This document shows positions 28,255 to 38,578 of a stretch of 64,000 bases of DNA, one piece after another. The stretch spans positions 8,097-72,096 of the forward strand of contig JAQTQJ010000010.1 in NCBI GenBank assembly GCA_028712255.1. Direction: 5' to 3'. The translations under genes were made by a program, and so were the position numbers. The first letter of the stretch is position 1; every line of letters begins with the position of its first letter. The DNA comes from Candidatus Omnitrophota bacterium (GTDB lineage: Bacteria; Omnitrophota; Gorgyraeia; Gygaellales; Profunditerraquicolaceae). The notes beneath the pieces are model-generated. The model was given only the letters and a program-made list of their open reading frames with translations. It did no database searches and had not been told where the DNA came from.

Positions 28255-29102
28255 TTGGAAAAGTGGAACAAAGGAATTTCGCTATTTCCAGGCATTCTTA
28301 GTAAGCAAAGAATTATAGCATTAGCTAAGACGTTTAAGATTTCCCCTAGCATAATCAAGTATTTTACTCTTTCCAAGAAAAAAATATCCTCAGGAACCGA
28401 TCAAAATTTATCCGCCTGTCTTACTGATTTAACCATTAATTTGGCCTCAAATTGTAATTTGCGCTGTGTCTATTGCTGGAATGACCATGGTACATATTCT
28501 AACCGGCGATTTCTAAAAGATCTGACTGAAAAATCTAAGAAAGATACCAAAGACACCTAAATGTTAGTAGAAACTGCCTTAAAAGCAGTAGATACTTTTG
28601 AAAAGCTGGCGTTACGCTAAGTTGAAGATGTTATTTCGGGTAACCTAAATTACAGCAAAACTTTTTTAACCGATTTTTTAAACTAATGCAAAGATTATAC
28701 TATAATCACGAAGTTTCAGGAGGATGCCCGGCGGCTAGGGGGCAGATTGCAGTGGCTGTTGATGGGTCGATTCACCCATGTACCTTATTTCTTGGGATAG
28801 ATAGGGGTATTGACGGTAAGAAATATAAAAAGTTTATTGAGAAAACGGATAGGCGGTTTGAGTGTTGCCAGAGAGAGCGTGACTTATTCAGCCTCTGCCG
28901 TTCGATAGTCTCCTGCCTGAATGTTAATTATTTCTTTAACGGTGATCCTGCTTTACCGTATAAGAAGAGTTGCGACCTTTTTAGTGAAAAATTAGCATTG
29001 GCAGCCGCCAGCCTGGCTATCCTTTCCGAAAAAATTCCCCAGCGATTAGAGAGATTATTTGGTTTTGATCCTGTAGGCCGCAGAGGCAATAAATTATATT
29101 AA
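28255..29102 (+). pseudogene. decayed radical SAM / SPASM-domain maturase (split into N-terminal and SPASM fragments)
   Basis: Fragment 1 carries the CX3CX2C radical SAM motif (NLASNCNLRCVYCWNDHG) and then terminates. A short fragment MLVETALKAVDTFEKLALR* lies in the gap. Fragment 2 begins with a SPASM signature (GGCPAARGQIAVAVDGSIHPC…C…C). The roughly 200-aa radical SAM core that should join them is missing. Confidence 0.5.
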
Positions 29103-29147
29103 AATAAGCTTTAAAGAGAAGACTAAACTGTAAAATATTTTAATTTT

Positions 29148-29834
29148 ATGATATATAAATTGAAGGTTTATGTAGAATTAGTCCGTCCTTTTACGCTGAT
29201 TGCTCCAATGGTGGGTTTTTTGTTAGGAGCGGTAATTGCCGCTGGAACTATGCCCAATCTTACTTGTTTATTGGGCGCTTTATCGGCAGCCATACTAAAT
29301 GGTGCCTCCAATGTGATTAATCAGTATTTCGATTTAGAGATAGATAAAATAAACAAGCCTTTTAGGCCGCTGGCTTCCGGGCGAATATCCAAGAGAGAGA
29401 TAATTAACTTTTCATTTATACTGTATTTTAGCGCGTTATTTTTATCTTCACTGGTAAACTTAAAATTATTTTTTATTATATTAATAACTGCAATTATTTC
29501 ATTTTATTATTCTGTTCCTCACCTTAGGGCCAAGAGATATCCTTTTCTTAGTAATCTTTTTATTGCTTTACCTAGGGGGATGCTTCTGATTGTTGCTGGT
29601 TGGAGTGTAAGTAAGCTAGTATTTAATATTCAACCATGGTTTATCGGACTGATATTTGCTTTATATCTTGCAGGCGCAGCCACCACAAAGGATTTTAGCG
29701 ATATAAAAGGAGATGGTAAATTCGGGATAAAAACGTTACCGGTCTTATACGGCGTAAAAAGAGCAACACAGATGATCACCCTATTCTTTTATCTGCCTTT
29801 TTACTTATTCCTCTGGGCATTATTATGTATATAA
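29148..29834 (+). CDS. UbiA-family aromatic/polyprenyl prenyltransferase (possibly frameshifted at its 3' end)
   Basis: First Asp-rich motif NQYFDLEID and second KDFSDIKGD. Seven or eight TM helices. The ORF stops at 29834, but a TM-like continuation (IIRPAALPLVLLTIWGPIYN*) is open in the +1 frame immediately after. Confidence 0.7.
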   Translation: MIYKLKVYVELVRPFTLIAPMVGFLLGAVIAAGTMPNLTCLLGALSAAILNGASNVINQYFDLEIDKINKPFRPLASGRISKREIINFSFILYFSALFLSSLVNLKLFFIILITAIISFYYSVPHLRAKRYPFLSNLFIALPRGMLLIVAGWSVSKLVFNIQPWFIGLIFALYLAGAATTKDFSDIKGDGKFGIKTLPVLYGVKRATQMITLFFYLPFYLFLWALLCI

Positions 29835-29943
29835 TCAGGCCAGCGGCGCTACCTTTAGTACTTTTAACTATCTGGGGGCCTATATACAACTAAATTGATT
29901 ATGCAAAACTTCCAAGAGCTTACTTTAGAAAAAACCATATTGC

Positions 29944-30877
29944 ATGGATTCACATGTATTTTATACTGATCGTAGGGCAGGCCGGTTTTGCTATTGCCTA
30001 TCTTATAAAGATATGAAAATTAACCCATGCTTATTAAAATTAGATCTATTTTGCCGGCGCGTCAAAATAGATTCTACCTGCGGCTTGCCTAAAGATGCCC
30101 GGCCAATTTTACGTACCAGAGTCGGCTTAGAAAGCGAATTAGAGTTAGTTTTAGGAAAAGATTTATATGTTAATGTTCCGGTTGTGGAGCATTTTATAGA
30201 AAAATCGCCCTATGTTTTAGTAAAAGGACAAAACTGATTATTTTATCAAGAAGAATAATGTGGTTATTTGCAAAGCTAGATTGCCAGCTAGGCCAAAATT
30301 TTATGATAAGTTGACATATGCCAGAAAAATTATGTCTCGTATCGGCGTAATGCAGGGGGCATATTTGGGAATATATTCATCAAGGGTTTGTGAGTTTTGG
30401 AGGATGACTCCTCCAGTTAATTGTAAATTTTGCTCGGTGGGTTTAAATCTAGGGCATACGGAAGAATATGGGAAGAGCGTTGAGGATGTTTTAGAGACAG
30501 TTAAGGCCGCCCAGGAAGAAGTAAAAATTACGATGGTTAATTTTAATACCGGTTATTTTTTTGGCGAAGAATTAGTAATTTTATAGCCATATATAAAAGA
30601 AATCAAGAGCCAAACAAGGCTCCTGGTGGGTGTTCAGTGTCCACCAGCCCCGCGGATTTCTCTAAATATAATTATTTAAAATCTCTGGGGGGGGTTGACC
30701 ATATTTCTTTTTTGCCTGGAAATTTATGGCGAGTATAAATTTCAGGAAGTATGCCCCGGGAAATGTGAATATATTGGCCAGAAAAAATACTTAGAAGCTA
30801 TTGAATATTGTGTTAAAGTGTTTGGAAAGAGAAGTGTCTCAGGTGAGTTGGTTGCAGGCCTAGAGCCGCCAAGCTAA
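29944..30877 (+). pseudogene. three short Cys-containing ORF fragments (97, 108 and 60 aa); likely remnants of one or more degraded genes
   Basis: Consecutive same-strand short ORFs in different frames. Two start at non-ATG codons. They carry Cys patterns (VCEFWRMTPPVNCKFC; VCPGKCEYIG…YC) but no complete domain. They have no credible RBS, and a G7 tract lies at 30686-30692. Confidence 0.3.
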
Positions 30878-31131
30878 ACCATAAGGGCAATCTAACATTT
30901 TGTTAAAGTCGGAGCAGAATCTACGGTTTGTATCTTTAGGCCCTGTTTAGGAAATGCTATTATCATAGGAATGGCTCCCAACGTAAAGGTGAGTTTGGTA
31001 ATTTTACCAGAAGAGGGAAGATATTTTTTAGATAAGTTAAATCCAGTTTTAGTTTATACAGAGATTAAATTAAGTATTTTAAAATTTATCTACCAGATTT
31101 ATTTTAAAGCAAAACTTCTATTTAAACAAAA

Positions 31132-32691
31132 ATGAAAAAAATATTACTCATTAGGCCTCCACGCTATCTGTGGCCATTCATAAATGAATCTGATAATTTT
31201 TTACTCCCTTTAGGTTTACCTTGTATCGCTGGGGCGATAAGGTCAAAACTTCCTGATATAGAGGTAAAGATTATTGATTGCCCACCACAAAAAATCGGAT
31301 GGGAAACTCTGAGTAAGATATTAAGAGAAGAGAATCCGGATATAGTTGGAGCTGCAGAGGAGGCTCTTTATTGCCATGAAGCGGTAAGGTTATTTAATTT
31401 GGCCAAAGAGATTAATCCTGCTGTAATTACTATTGCCGGGGGGCATTTTTTTTCCTGGATGGTCGATCATAGTTTAACGGATTTTCCCATTGATTTTATT
31501 GTCAGATTTGAAGGTGAGGAGACAATTGTAGAATTAATCGAGGCGCTTAATGAGAAAAAAAACTTAGTTGAAATTAAGGGAATTGCTTATAAGCATAATG
31601 GCCAGATAATCAGGACGCCCTCCAGGCCTTTGATAAAAGATCTGGATATGCTTGCTTTACCCGCATTTGATCTTATGCCCATGGGGAAGTATTCACCGTT
31701 TGGTTATCTTTGGCCCCAGAGCGTTACTTTAGAGCATTCTCGGGGCTGTATCGATAGATGTAATTTTTGCTCTTTGTGGACATTTTGGGGCCAGCACCTA
31801 GAAACAGATATAGAAAAAGGCAAGCTGGATGTAGCCCCTAAATACAGAACCAAGAGCGTGAAGAGGACATTAGAAGAAGTAGATATCGTTTACAAAAAAT
31901 ATAATAGAAAATACATTATTTGGGCAGATCCTACTTTTAACGTTGATTCTAAATGGACCAATGATTTTTGCGACGGGTTGTTAAAAAGAAACTATAAAGA
32001 TCTGCATTGGTGGGCCTTTCTAAGGGCAGATTATCTATTGCGGGATGAGCGGGCAGGTATTTTGGAAAAAATGGTCCGGGCAGGATTAACGCACCCTCTT
32101 ATTGGCGTAGAGCGGGGCTGCACGGAGGATCTTAGAAAAATACGAAAATCTGTTTACACCCGTGATTTAGTAAAAGAAGTTTTTCTTATTTTTAAAAAGA
32201 AATATCCACAGGTATTCCGGCAAGGTACTTTTATTACCTGCCTGCCTTTTGATACCAGAGAGTCAATGTTTGATTTGGTGAAGTATGCCATTGAAATAGA
32301 CATAGATTATCCGGCTTTCCATCCAGTGGCCCCGGTTCCTGGAACATTTCTTTACCAAGATGCCTTAAAAAATGATGCTTTGGCGGAAAAAGATTTTAAG
32401 AAATACGATTGGGCTACTCCAATAATGCGTTCTAATAATGGATTATCAATGGAAGAACTTGGCAAGTTGAACATGGAGCTTAATAAGCGGTATATATTGT
32501 ATAGGCCTCACTGGTTAATAAGAGGCCTGTTCTCTCCCTATAAACATAAAAGAGGGCTTTATTGGTGGTTTTTCTTTAATACCATGAGGATGATTATCTG
32601 CGAAATCAGGGATATAATTTTAAGAAGAAAGAAATTTGCAGGTACTACCGGATTTATGCGCTTAAAAAAACCCGGTTGGTATGATAACTAA
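31132..32691 (+). CDS. cobalamin-binding (class B) radical SAM enzyme
   Basis: N-terminal B12-binding-like domain (…ITIAGGHFFS…). Radical SAM cluster motif SRGCIDRCNFCS (CX3CX2C). 519 aa. Confidence 0.85.
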   Translation: MKKILLIRPPRYLWPFINESDNFLLPLGLPCIAGAIRSKLPDIEVKIIDCPPQKIGWETLSKILREENPDIVGAAEEALYCHEAVRLFNLAKEINPAVITIAGGHFFSWMVDHSLTDFPIDFIVRFEGEETIVELIEALNEKKNLVEIKGIAYKHNGQIIRTPSRPLIKDLDMLALPAFDLMPMGKYSPFGYLWPQSVTLEHSRGCIDRCNFCSLWTFWGQHLETDIEKGKLDVAPKYRTKSVKRTLEEVDIVYKKYNRKYIIWADPTFNVDSKWTNDFCDGLLKRNYKDLHWWAFLRADYLLRDERAGILEKMVRAGLTHPLIGVERGCTEDLRKIRKSVYTRDLVKEVFLIFKKKYPQVFRQGTFITCLPFDTRESMFDLVKYAIEIDIDYPAFHPVAPVPGTFLYQDALKNDALAEKDFKKYDWATPIMRSNNGLSMEELGKLNMELNKRYILYRPHWLIRGLFSPYKHKRGLYWWFFFNTMRMIICEIRDIILRRKKFAGTTGFMRLKKPGWYDN

Positions 32692-32696
32692 ACTAA

Positions 32697-34157
32697 ATGA
32701 AATTATTAATATTAAATCCAATTTCCGATATAGCCACCCCCGGCCAAAGATACAGATCAGTAATATCTTTTGTTCCTCCTGTAGGAATAGCTTATCTGGC
32801 CGGCGCTTTAATCCAGGCCGGCATTGATGTCGATGTAGAAGATCAATTTGCCAGCGGCAATACCAATGAATATATCGCTGATAAAATCAGGCGCGAAAAG
32901 TATGAGCTAATCGGTATATCCTGTTTAACTCCCTCGATATCTAATATCAAAAGGCTGGCTAGGTTGATAAGAGAGATTAACCTGGATATAAAGATTGTCC
33001 TGGGGAATATCCATGCCACGGTTTTTCCGGAAGAAATGTTAAAGGAGGCAACCGGAGATATTGTTGTCCGCGGAGAAGGCGAATATGTCTTTGTCGAAGT
33101 GGTTAAAGCCATCGGCCAGAAAAAAAAGCTAGAAGAGGTAAAAGGCATAAGTTTTATTTCCAATGGAAGGATTGTGCATAATCCCGATAGCTATTTAACC
33201 GAAGATTTGGACCAAATACCTTATCCTGCTTGGCAGACATTTGCGTTTGATCTTTATAAAAGGTATCCTATGTTGGGCATATATAATGAAATAATACTGC
33301 CGATCCAGGCTTCCCGCGGCTGTACGCATAACTGTATTTTTTGTTCACAGAATATTATGTACAAAAAGCCAAGGTATCGAAATACCGAAAAAGTACTGGA
33401 TGAAATAGAGTATATGCACGAAAAGTATAAGATACGCTATTTTGGTTTCAATGACGCCTATTTTCCTTTTTCCGTCGAGCATGGTTTGGATTTTTGTGAA
33501 CGACTTATGAAAAGGGGGCTTCATAAAAAAATAAGGTGGATAACCGAGACTAGGGTAAATAAAGTTAATTTAGAGCTTTTAAAAAAAATGAGGCAAGCTG
33601 GTTTAAGGTTGATAATGTATGGTTTTGAAGTAGGCAACCAGTCGATCCTTGATAGCATAAGAAAACAGACAACCTTGAAGCAGGCAGAGGATGCGATGAG
33701 TTATACAAGAAAAGCCGGTGTGCAAAGCTTAGGCTTATTCATGTTAGGCCTTCCCCAAGATACGGAGGAAACCTGCAGGCAGACTATTGATTTTGCAATC
33801 CGCTTAAGCCCGGATATAGCTAAATTTAATATTACCATTCCCCAGCCGGGGTCAGAATTATATAACTCATGCAAAGACAGCTTAATAAACGCTAAACCCG
33901 AAGATTTTACAAGTTGGTCAGATTGGATCTCACCAAACGGCAGTATTATCTATGCTCCCAAAAATATCACAAGGGAAAAACTGTTATATCTGCAGAGAGA
34001 AGCAATGTTTAGGTATTACATAAATCCAAGACATATCTTAAGGCTGTTATTGAAAAGAGGATTTCATGTCAAGGATATGTATTTAGGCGCTAAATTAATC
34101 GTCGGGAAATACCTGAAAGAAATATTAAAATTTCAAAGTCGAACTCGGACGGCTTAG
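32697..34157 (+). CDS. cobalamin-binding (class B) radical SAM enzyme (close paralog of 46107-47573)
   Basis: B12-binding domain (…IVLGNIHATVF…). SRGCTHNCIFCS motif. About 55% identical to the 46107 ORF over the core by eye. Confidence 0.85.
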   Translation: MKLLILNPISDIATPGQRYRSVISFVPPVGIAYLAGALIQAGIDVDVEDQFASGNTNEYIADKIRREKYELIGISCLTPSISNIKRLARLIREINLDIKIVLGNIHATVFPEEMLKEATGDIVVRGEGEYVFVEVVKAIGQKKKLEEVKGISFISNGRIVHNPDSYLTEDLDQIPYPAWQTFAFDLYKRYPMLGIYNEIILPIQASRGCTHNCIFCSQNIMYKKPRYRNTEKVLDEIEYMHEKYKIRYFGFNDAYFPFSVEHGLDFCERLMKRGLHKKIRWITETRVNKVNLELLKKMRQAGLRLIMYGFEVGNQSILDSIRKQTTLKQAEDAMSYTRKAGVQSLGLFMLGLPQDTEETCRQTIDFAIRLSPDIAKFNITIPQPGSELYNSCKDSLINAKPEDFTSWSDWISPNGSIIYAPKNITREKLLYLQREAMFRYYINPRHILRLLLKRGFHVKDMYLGAKLIVGKYLKEILKFQSRTRTA

Positions 34158-34169
34158 GCTGGCGTTATA

Positions 34170-35867
34170 ATGGAAAAATCTTCAAGGTTTAAACATCAAT
34201 TTGCATTTCTCTTTTTAACCATTCTTATCCTGTTCCATATCATAAATAACTATATTTGGCTAACTAAGAACTCCGCTTTGGGCTTTGGAGATGCTTCATT
34301 GCACCTAGCCAATTCTTTAAATTTTTACAAATATCTTAAAGCAGACGAAGGGAATCTATTCGTAAGAATATTTGATTTATTCAATGGCAATAAAATAATA
34401 TATAGATTTTGGCCGCCTTTTGTCTATCTGGTTACCGCAGGATTACGTTTTATCTTTGGCCATTCACTTATAGCGGTAAAATTGGCGACTTCAAGTTTTT
34501 ATTTCATTATTCTTATTTTATCGGTTCATTTTTTGGGTTACTATTACCGAAATGTACGCACAGGTATATTCTCCGCATTTCTGGTTTCGATGTATGCCGG
34601 TGTTTTTGGCCTATCCAGGGAATACCTTTTAGATTTTCCTCTGGTTGCAATGGTTAGCTTATGTATACTGTTTTTTTTAAAAAGTGATGCATTTAAAAAC
34701 CGTTTATATGCCGTAATCTTTGGGTTAACCTTTGGCATAAGTATTCTTACTAAACCTCAGGCTGCTTTTTTTATTTTACCCGTTGTTCTATGTTTCTTAG
34801 CGGTAAGGACAAAAGATAATCGGCGAGTAAAATTAAAAAATTTTCTATTGGCAATATTAACCGCTTTAACAGTTACTTCTGTCTGGTTTTATGGTTTTTG
34901 GAGCGATAATCCGGATAAATGGTCGGTAAAAAACGCTTTTCTTAGCAGTATTTTTTCGACCTACACGGGCCAAGCAATCAACTTTTCTGCAGGCAAAGAT
35001 TTTTTTCCGGTAGTTGCTAATGCCAGCCTGATAACAAAATTATTCAGTATAAACAATTGGATCTATTATTTGAACGCTATTATTTTATATATCACCCCGA
35101 TTTTTGCTATTATTTTTGTTTTTAGCGTTTATTTTCTTTGTAAATCCCAAAAAGCTCCCAAAGAATTACTTATCTGGGTTATAGTCCCTTATCTCATATT
35201 TTCTTTCCTATCTCCGAAAGATGCGCGTTATTTATTCCCAGCATTTCCGGCAATAACCCTATTAACTGTTGTGGGAGTAGAAAACATAAAAAAACGGTTT
35301 TTTAAAAATTTAACTTTCATTTTAATATTTGTATTGGCCGTGGCTAATTATTATGCTTATTCTTACCTTGGCTCCGACCTTGTTTTCCGGTATAGCCTTA
35401 AGACCAGGCAATCTCTATTCTATGTCCATCCTCCGTTTAAAAGCAATTATCAGCATGTAGTAAAAAGATTTATGGAAGAGATAGGGGGAAGGGGGGATTT
35501 AAGCAAGGTAAATATCGGTATAATTTCTCCGCCAGGCGAATTTGATTTTAAAGGCGCGCCAATTCTGACATATTATATGGAATCCTATAAACCAGATCTT
35601 CCCTGGAAGTGGTCTAAAAAAGACCACTTTTTCAATGATTATAAAAAATATAATTTTTTAATGGTAGTCAACGATTCCGCTGCCGGTGGCTTGAATTTAA
35701 CCCAGCTATTATCCAACACCGGTTATCTAGGTCAAAATAATACTACAATAACAAAAGAAAAAATAAATGAAATTGTAGATTATTTTGAGTCGTTTAAGAT
35801 AATCGACAAAGATGAAATTATAAACGAATTTGATAAAAAGAATATTTTTCTTTACCAGGCCAAGTGA
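34170..35867 (+). CDS. polytopic GT-C-fold membrane glycosyltransferase (ArnT/PMT/GT39-like)
   Basis: 565 aa, about 12 TM at the N-terminus, with a large C-terminal soluble, probably periplasmic, domain. Paralogous to the next gene. The first-loop acidic motif is degenerate (GDAS). Confidence 0.55.
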   Translation: MEKSSRFKHQFAFLFLTILILFHIINNYIWLTKNSALGFGDASLHLANSLNFYKYLKADEGNLFVRIFDLFNGNKIIYRFWPPFVYLVTAGLRFIFGHSLIAVKLATSSFYFIILILSVHFLGYYYRNVRTGIFSAFLVSMYAGVFGLSREYLLDFPLVAMVSLCILFFLKSDAFKNRLYAVIFGLTFGISILTKPQAAFFILPVVLCFLAVRTKDNRRVKLKNFLLAILTALTVTSVWFYGFWSDNPDKWSVKNAFLSSIFSTYTGQAINFSAGKDFFPVVANASLITKLFSINNWIYYLNAIILYITPIFAIIFVFSVYFLCKSQKAPKELLIWVIVPYLIFSFLSPKDARYLFPAFPAITLLTVVGVENIKKRFFKNLTFILIFVLAVANYYAYSYLGSDLVFRYSLKTRQSLFYVHPPFKSNYQHVVKRFMEEIGGRGDLSKVNIGIISPPGEFDFKGAPILTYYMESYKPDLPWKWSKKDHFFNDYKKYNFLMVVNDSAAGGLNLTQLLSNTGYLGQNNTTITKEKINEIVDYFESFKIIDKDEIINEFDKKNIFLYQAK

Positions 35868-37567
35868 AAGCACAATATAAAGGACAGATAATTGTAGCTG
35901 TAATTTTATTTTTTTTAATAATATTTCATGCTATCAATAATTATATTTGGCTTAAGCTGGACTGTCTTTTTACGCCCGTGCATGACGTAGTAAACACGGT
36001 ATCCCACCTAATTAACCAGTTAAATTTTTACTACAATTTAAAGGAGCTTTTAAACTGCGATATCACATTTTTTGGTAAAATTAAGGAATTCATAATGTTT
36101 TTTAAGCCAGGGAATATCTGGCCGCAATTTGAATGGCCGGGTTTTGTTTATTTTGTAACCTCACTGGTCAATTCAATTTTTGGTTTTACACCATTTATTG
36201 TAAGGTTTTCCAATATTATTTTTCTTGCCCTGCTGGCTATATTTACCTACCTGATTGGCAAGCGGTGCTATGACATAAAAGCAGGATTGCTAGCAGCTTT
36301 TTTAGTGACATTTTATCCCAGCTTATTCGGAGTAGGAAGGATGTATGATCTGGACTTTCATTTAACGGCAATGGTTACCATGTGCGTTTATTTTTTGATT
36401 AAAACAACTGATTTCAAGAATAGATTATTTTCAATTATTCTCGGAATTTCGTCAGGTTTAGGCATTTTAACTAAAGGTCAATTTTTAATTTTCTTTATCG
36501 GTCCTTTAACCTTTGCTTTATATTCTATTTTTAAGGACCGTAATCAGAATGGGGGTAATATCCGCCGGCAAGTTTTTAACTTTGTTTTATTTATTTTTTT
36601 TTGTTTATTTATCAGCTCCATATGGTTATTCGCCTCAACTGTCAAGTTATCGCATATTTTTCTGACTCACTTTCTGGCAGGTTATCTTCCGGAAAAATAT
36701 AATTTGTTTGGGCTAGATTTTGATGTTTTTTCAGTCAAATGGATGTTTTATCAGCTGTTTTATATTATAGACCACGTTTCGCTGCCGCTTTATATTGTAT
36801 TTTGTTTTAGTCTTTTCTGGCTACACAAAAAGATTGAACCGGTAATTAATATAATTTTATTGTGGATTTTAATACCTCTGGTCATATTCACCTTGATGTC
36901 GGCAAAATGGGAGCATTATTGTTTTGCTTTTTTACCGGCGATTGCAATTTTGACTGCGGTAGGGGTGATGAAGCTGGGTAGACAGATAAAAATCCCTTTA
37001 ATTTTATTTATTATTGTTTATTCACTCCTGCAATTCTTTGCGGTTTCTTACCGGATTGGACCTAAAATAGTCAAGCTTGTGGCATTTTACAATGTTGTGC
37101 CTCTGCCTGAATGGGGAAGAACAGGCTTATATAAAGCGCCGATAAAAATAAATAATTATGAAAAAATAATTCAGGGATTTGCTGAAAAAATAAAAAAAGA
37201 TGTAAGCTCTAAACGTAAAATACTAGTGGGTATAATCGGGACTAAAGACGAGGAGATTAATGGTTTCCTAGCCTCTTATTATTTGAGAGCGTATCTGGAT
37301 AACTCTGAAGCTTTTATTCTGGCGGATGATTTAAGCTCAATGCCCAATGCCAAATCTATGGCAAAAAGGTTTATTGAAAAAATCGGTGAGTTTAATTTTA
37401 TGATATTGATCAATAGTAGCTTAAAAGACGGCTCAGCTCCTGTAATAACCAATTGCTTATTGGAAGGTCAGTTACTTAAAAAATTAAGCGATAATATAAA
37501 TAAAAGGAAGCTGATTCAAAGGCATAAATTATTTCCCGGCCATAGGAATATTTTTCTTTTTAGGTGA
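35864..37567 (+). CDS. polytopic GT-C-fold membrane glycosyltransferase (paralog of 34170-35867)
   Basis: 567 aa, same architecture and a similar N-terminus (…FHAINNYIWL…). GTG start overlapping the previous stop. Confidence 0.55.
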   Translation: MKAQYKGQIIVAVILFFLIIFHAINNYIWLKLDCLFTPVHDVVNTVSHLINQLNFYYNLKELLNCDITFFGKIKEFIMFFKPGNIWPQFEWPGFVYFVTSLVNSIFGFTPFIVRFSNIIFLALLAIFTYLIGKRCYDIKAGLLAAFLVTFYPSLFGVGRMYDLDFHLTAMVTMCVYFLIKTTDFKNRLFSIILGISSGLGILTKGQFLIFFIGPLTFALYSIFKDRNQNGGNIRRQVFNFVLFIFFCLFISSIWLFASTVKLSHIFLTHFLAGYLPEKYNLFGLDFDVFSVKWMFYQLFYIIDHVSLPLYIVFCFSLFWLHKKIEPVINIILLWILIPLVIFTLMSAKWEHYCFAFLPAIAILTAVGVMKLGRQIKIPLILFIIVYSLLQFFAVSYRIGPKIVKLVAFYNVVPLPEWGRTGLYKAPIKINNYEKIIQGFAEKIKKDVSSKRKILVGIIGTKDEEINGFLASYYLRAYLDNSEAFILADDLSSMPNAKSMAKRFIEKIGEFNFMILINSSLKDGSAPVITNCLLEGQLLKKLSDNINKRKLIQRHKLFPGHRNIFLFR

Positions 37568-37574
37568 AGAGTCA

Positions 37575-38570
37575 ATGAAAACCGCAAACTTAAAAAAACC
37601 CTTGATTAGTTTTATTGTATGCATTTTTATTCTTTTTTCGGCTGAGTTATTCTTGAGAAAAAACGATATTTCCGAAAGGACGGGATTTACAAACATAGGC
37701 GAAATGTTTAATACGGGAGTTTTTAAAAGAGACAGATTGTTATTCTGGAGATTTTCTCCCAGTAAGTTTTATACTAAGCCAAGCACCCATTATAAAGGGG
37801 TATTAAGAGTTAATTCAATCGGTTTTCGGGAAAGAGAAATAAGTAAAGAAAAAGGCCAGCAAACTTACAGGATATTTTGTTTAGGAGGCTCAAATACATG
37901 CGGAGAAGGTTTATTTGAAAATGAAAGGTTTAGCAATATAGTCGAACAAAAATTAAATAGCTTGCCCGGGGCGCTTACTTTTGAAGTTTATAATTTTGGG
38001 ATGCCGGGGTATTCTACTTTACAAATGCTCAGGCTGTTTAAAAATGAACTGATAAATTTTAATCCGGATTTAATAATCGTAAACCCGGAACAGGCGGATG
38101 GATTAGGACTCTCGGGCCTGGCGCCGTTTAGCGATTCTAAGGTTAAAATTTTACCGGCCATTTTTTTTAATTTAACCTGCTTTTTGGAAGATAATAGCTC
38201 TATATATAGATTGGTAAAACAAAATTTGCTAAATGATTCTTGGCGGCTAAGAAATAAAAGGTCAGGAAATTCATCTAAGAGCCTGGTTAGGGTCACTTTG
38301 GAAGAGCATAAAGATAACCTGTCAGAAATGTTAAAGCTAGCAGAAAATAAGGGGGTAAAAATAATTTTTTTGACGGGCCTGGGCATTAGAGACGATAAAG
38401 TGGTTAATGTCGATAAAGACTATGGTTGCCAACCAAGCATAGATATTACGCCTTTATTTAAAGATGGGCAAAAGAACGGCCTGTTTCAGGACCAGGGGCA
38501 CATTAGCGCTAAAGGGCATTACTTGGTTGCAGAATTGTTAGCAGAATATATCAAGAATAATCTTTTCTAA
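37575..38570 (+). CDS. membrane-anchored SGNH/GDSL-family hydrolase (esterase / acyl-transferase-like)
   Basis: N-terminal TM anchor. Block I is FCLGGSNTCGEG with a Ser nucleophile. Paralog of 47549-48520. Confidence 0.65.
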   Translation: MKTANLKKPLISFIVCIFILFSAELFLRKNDISERTGFTNIGEMFNTGVFKRDRLLFWRFSPSKFYTKPSTHYKGVLRVNSIGFREREISKEKGQQTYRIFCLGGSNTCGEGLFENERFSNIVEQKLNSLPGALTFEVYNFGMPGYSTLQMLRLFKNELINFNPDLIIVNPEQADGLGLSGLAPFSDSKVKILPAIFFNLTCFLEDNSSIYRLVKQNLLNDSWRLRNKRSGNSSKSLVRVTLEEHKDNLSEMLKLAENKGVKIIFLTGLGIRDDKVVNVDKDYGCQPSIDITPLFKDGQKNGLFQDQGHISAKGHYLVAELLAEYIKNNLF

Positions 38571-38578
38571 AAAACGTT

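Noticed and set aside
30622-30647. Hairpin CTGGTGG-11 nt-CCACCAG after the 30260-30586 fragment; possible terminator or structured RNA
   Set aside because: Only a 7-bp stem with an 11-nt loop and no downstream U-tract. It lies inside the decayed region where no intact gene needs terminating.
30878-31131. Possible cobalamin riboswitch in the 250-nt leader of the first B12-radical SAM gene
   Set aside because: I could not find the conserved B12-box (GCCACTG-like) or the expected paired elements. The leader is simply AT-rich.
34671-36602. Other T8-T9 homopolymer runs inside the GT-C genes (for example 34671-34678 and 36594-36602) as additional phase-variation switches
   Set aside because: These runs lie in frame within intact ORFs and encode Phe-rich membrane helices. 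T-runs are expected in such AT-rich membrane-protein genes. Only the 40188-40196 tract coincides with an actual frame break.
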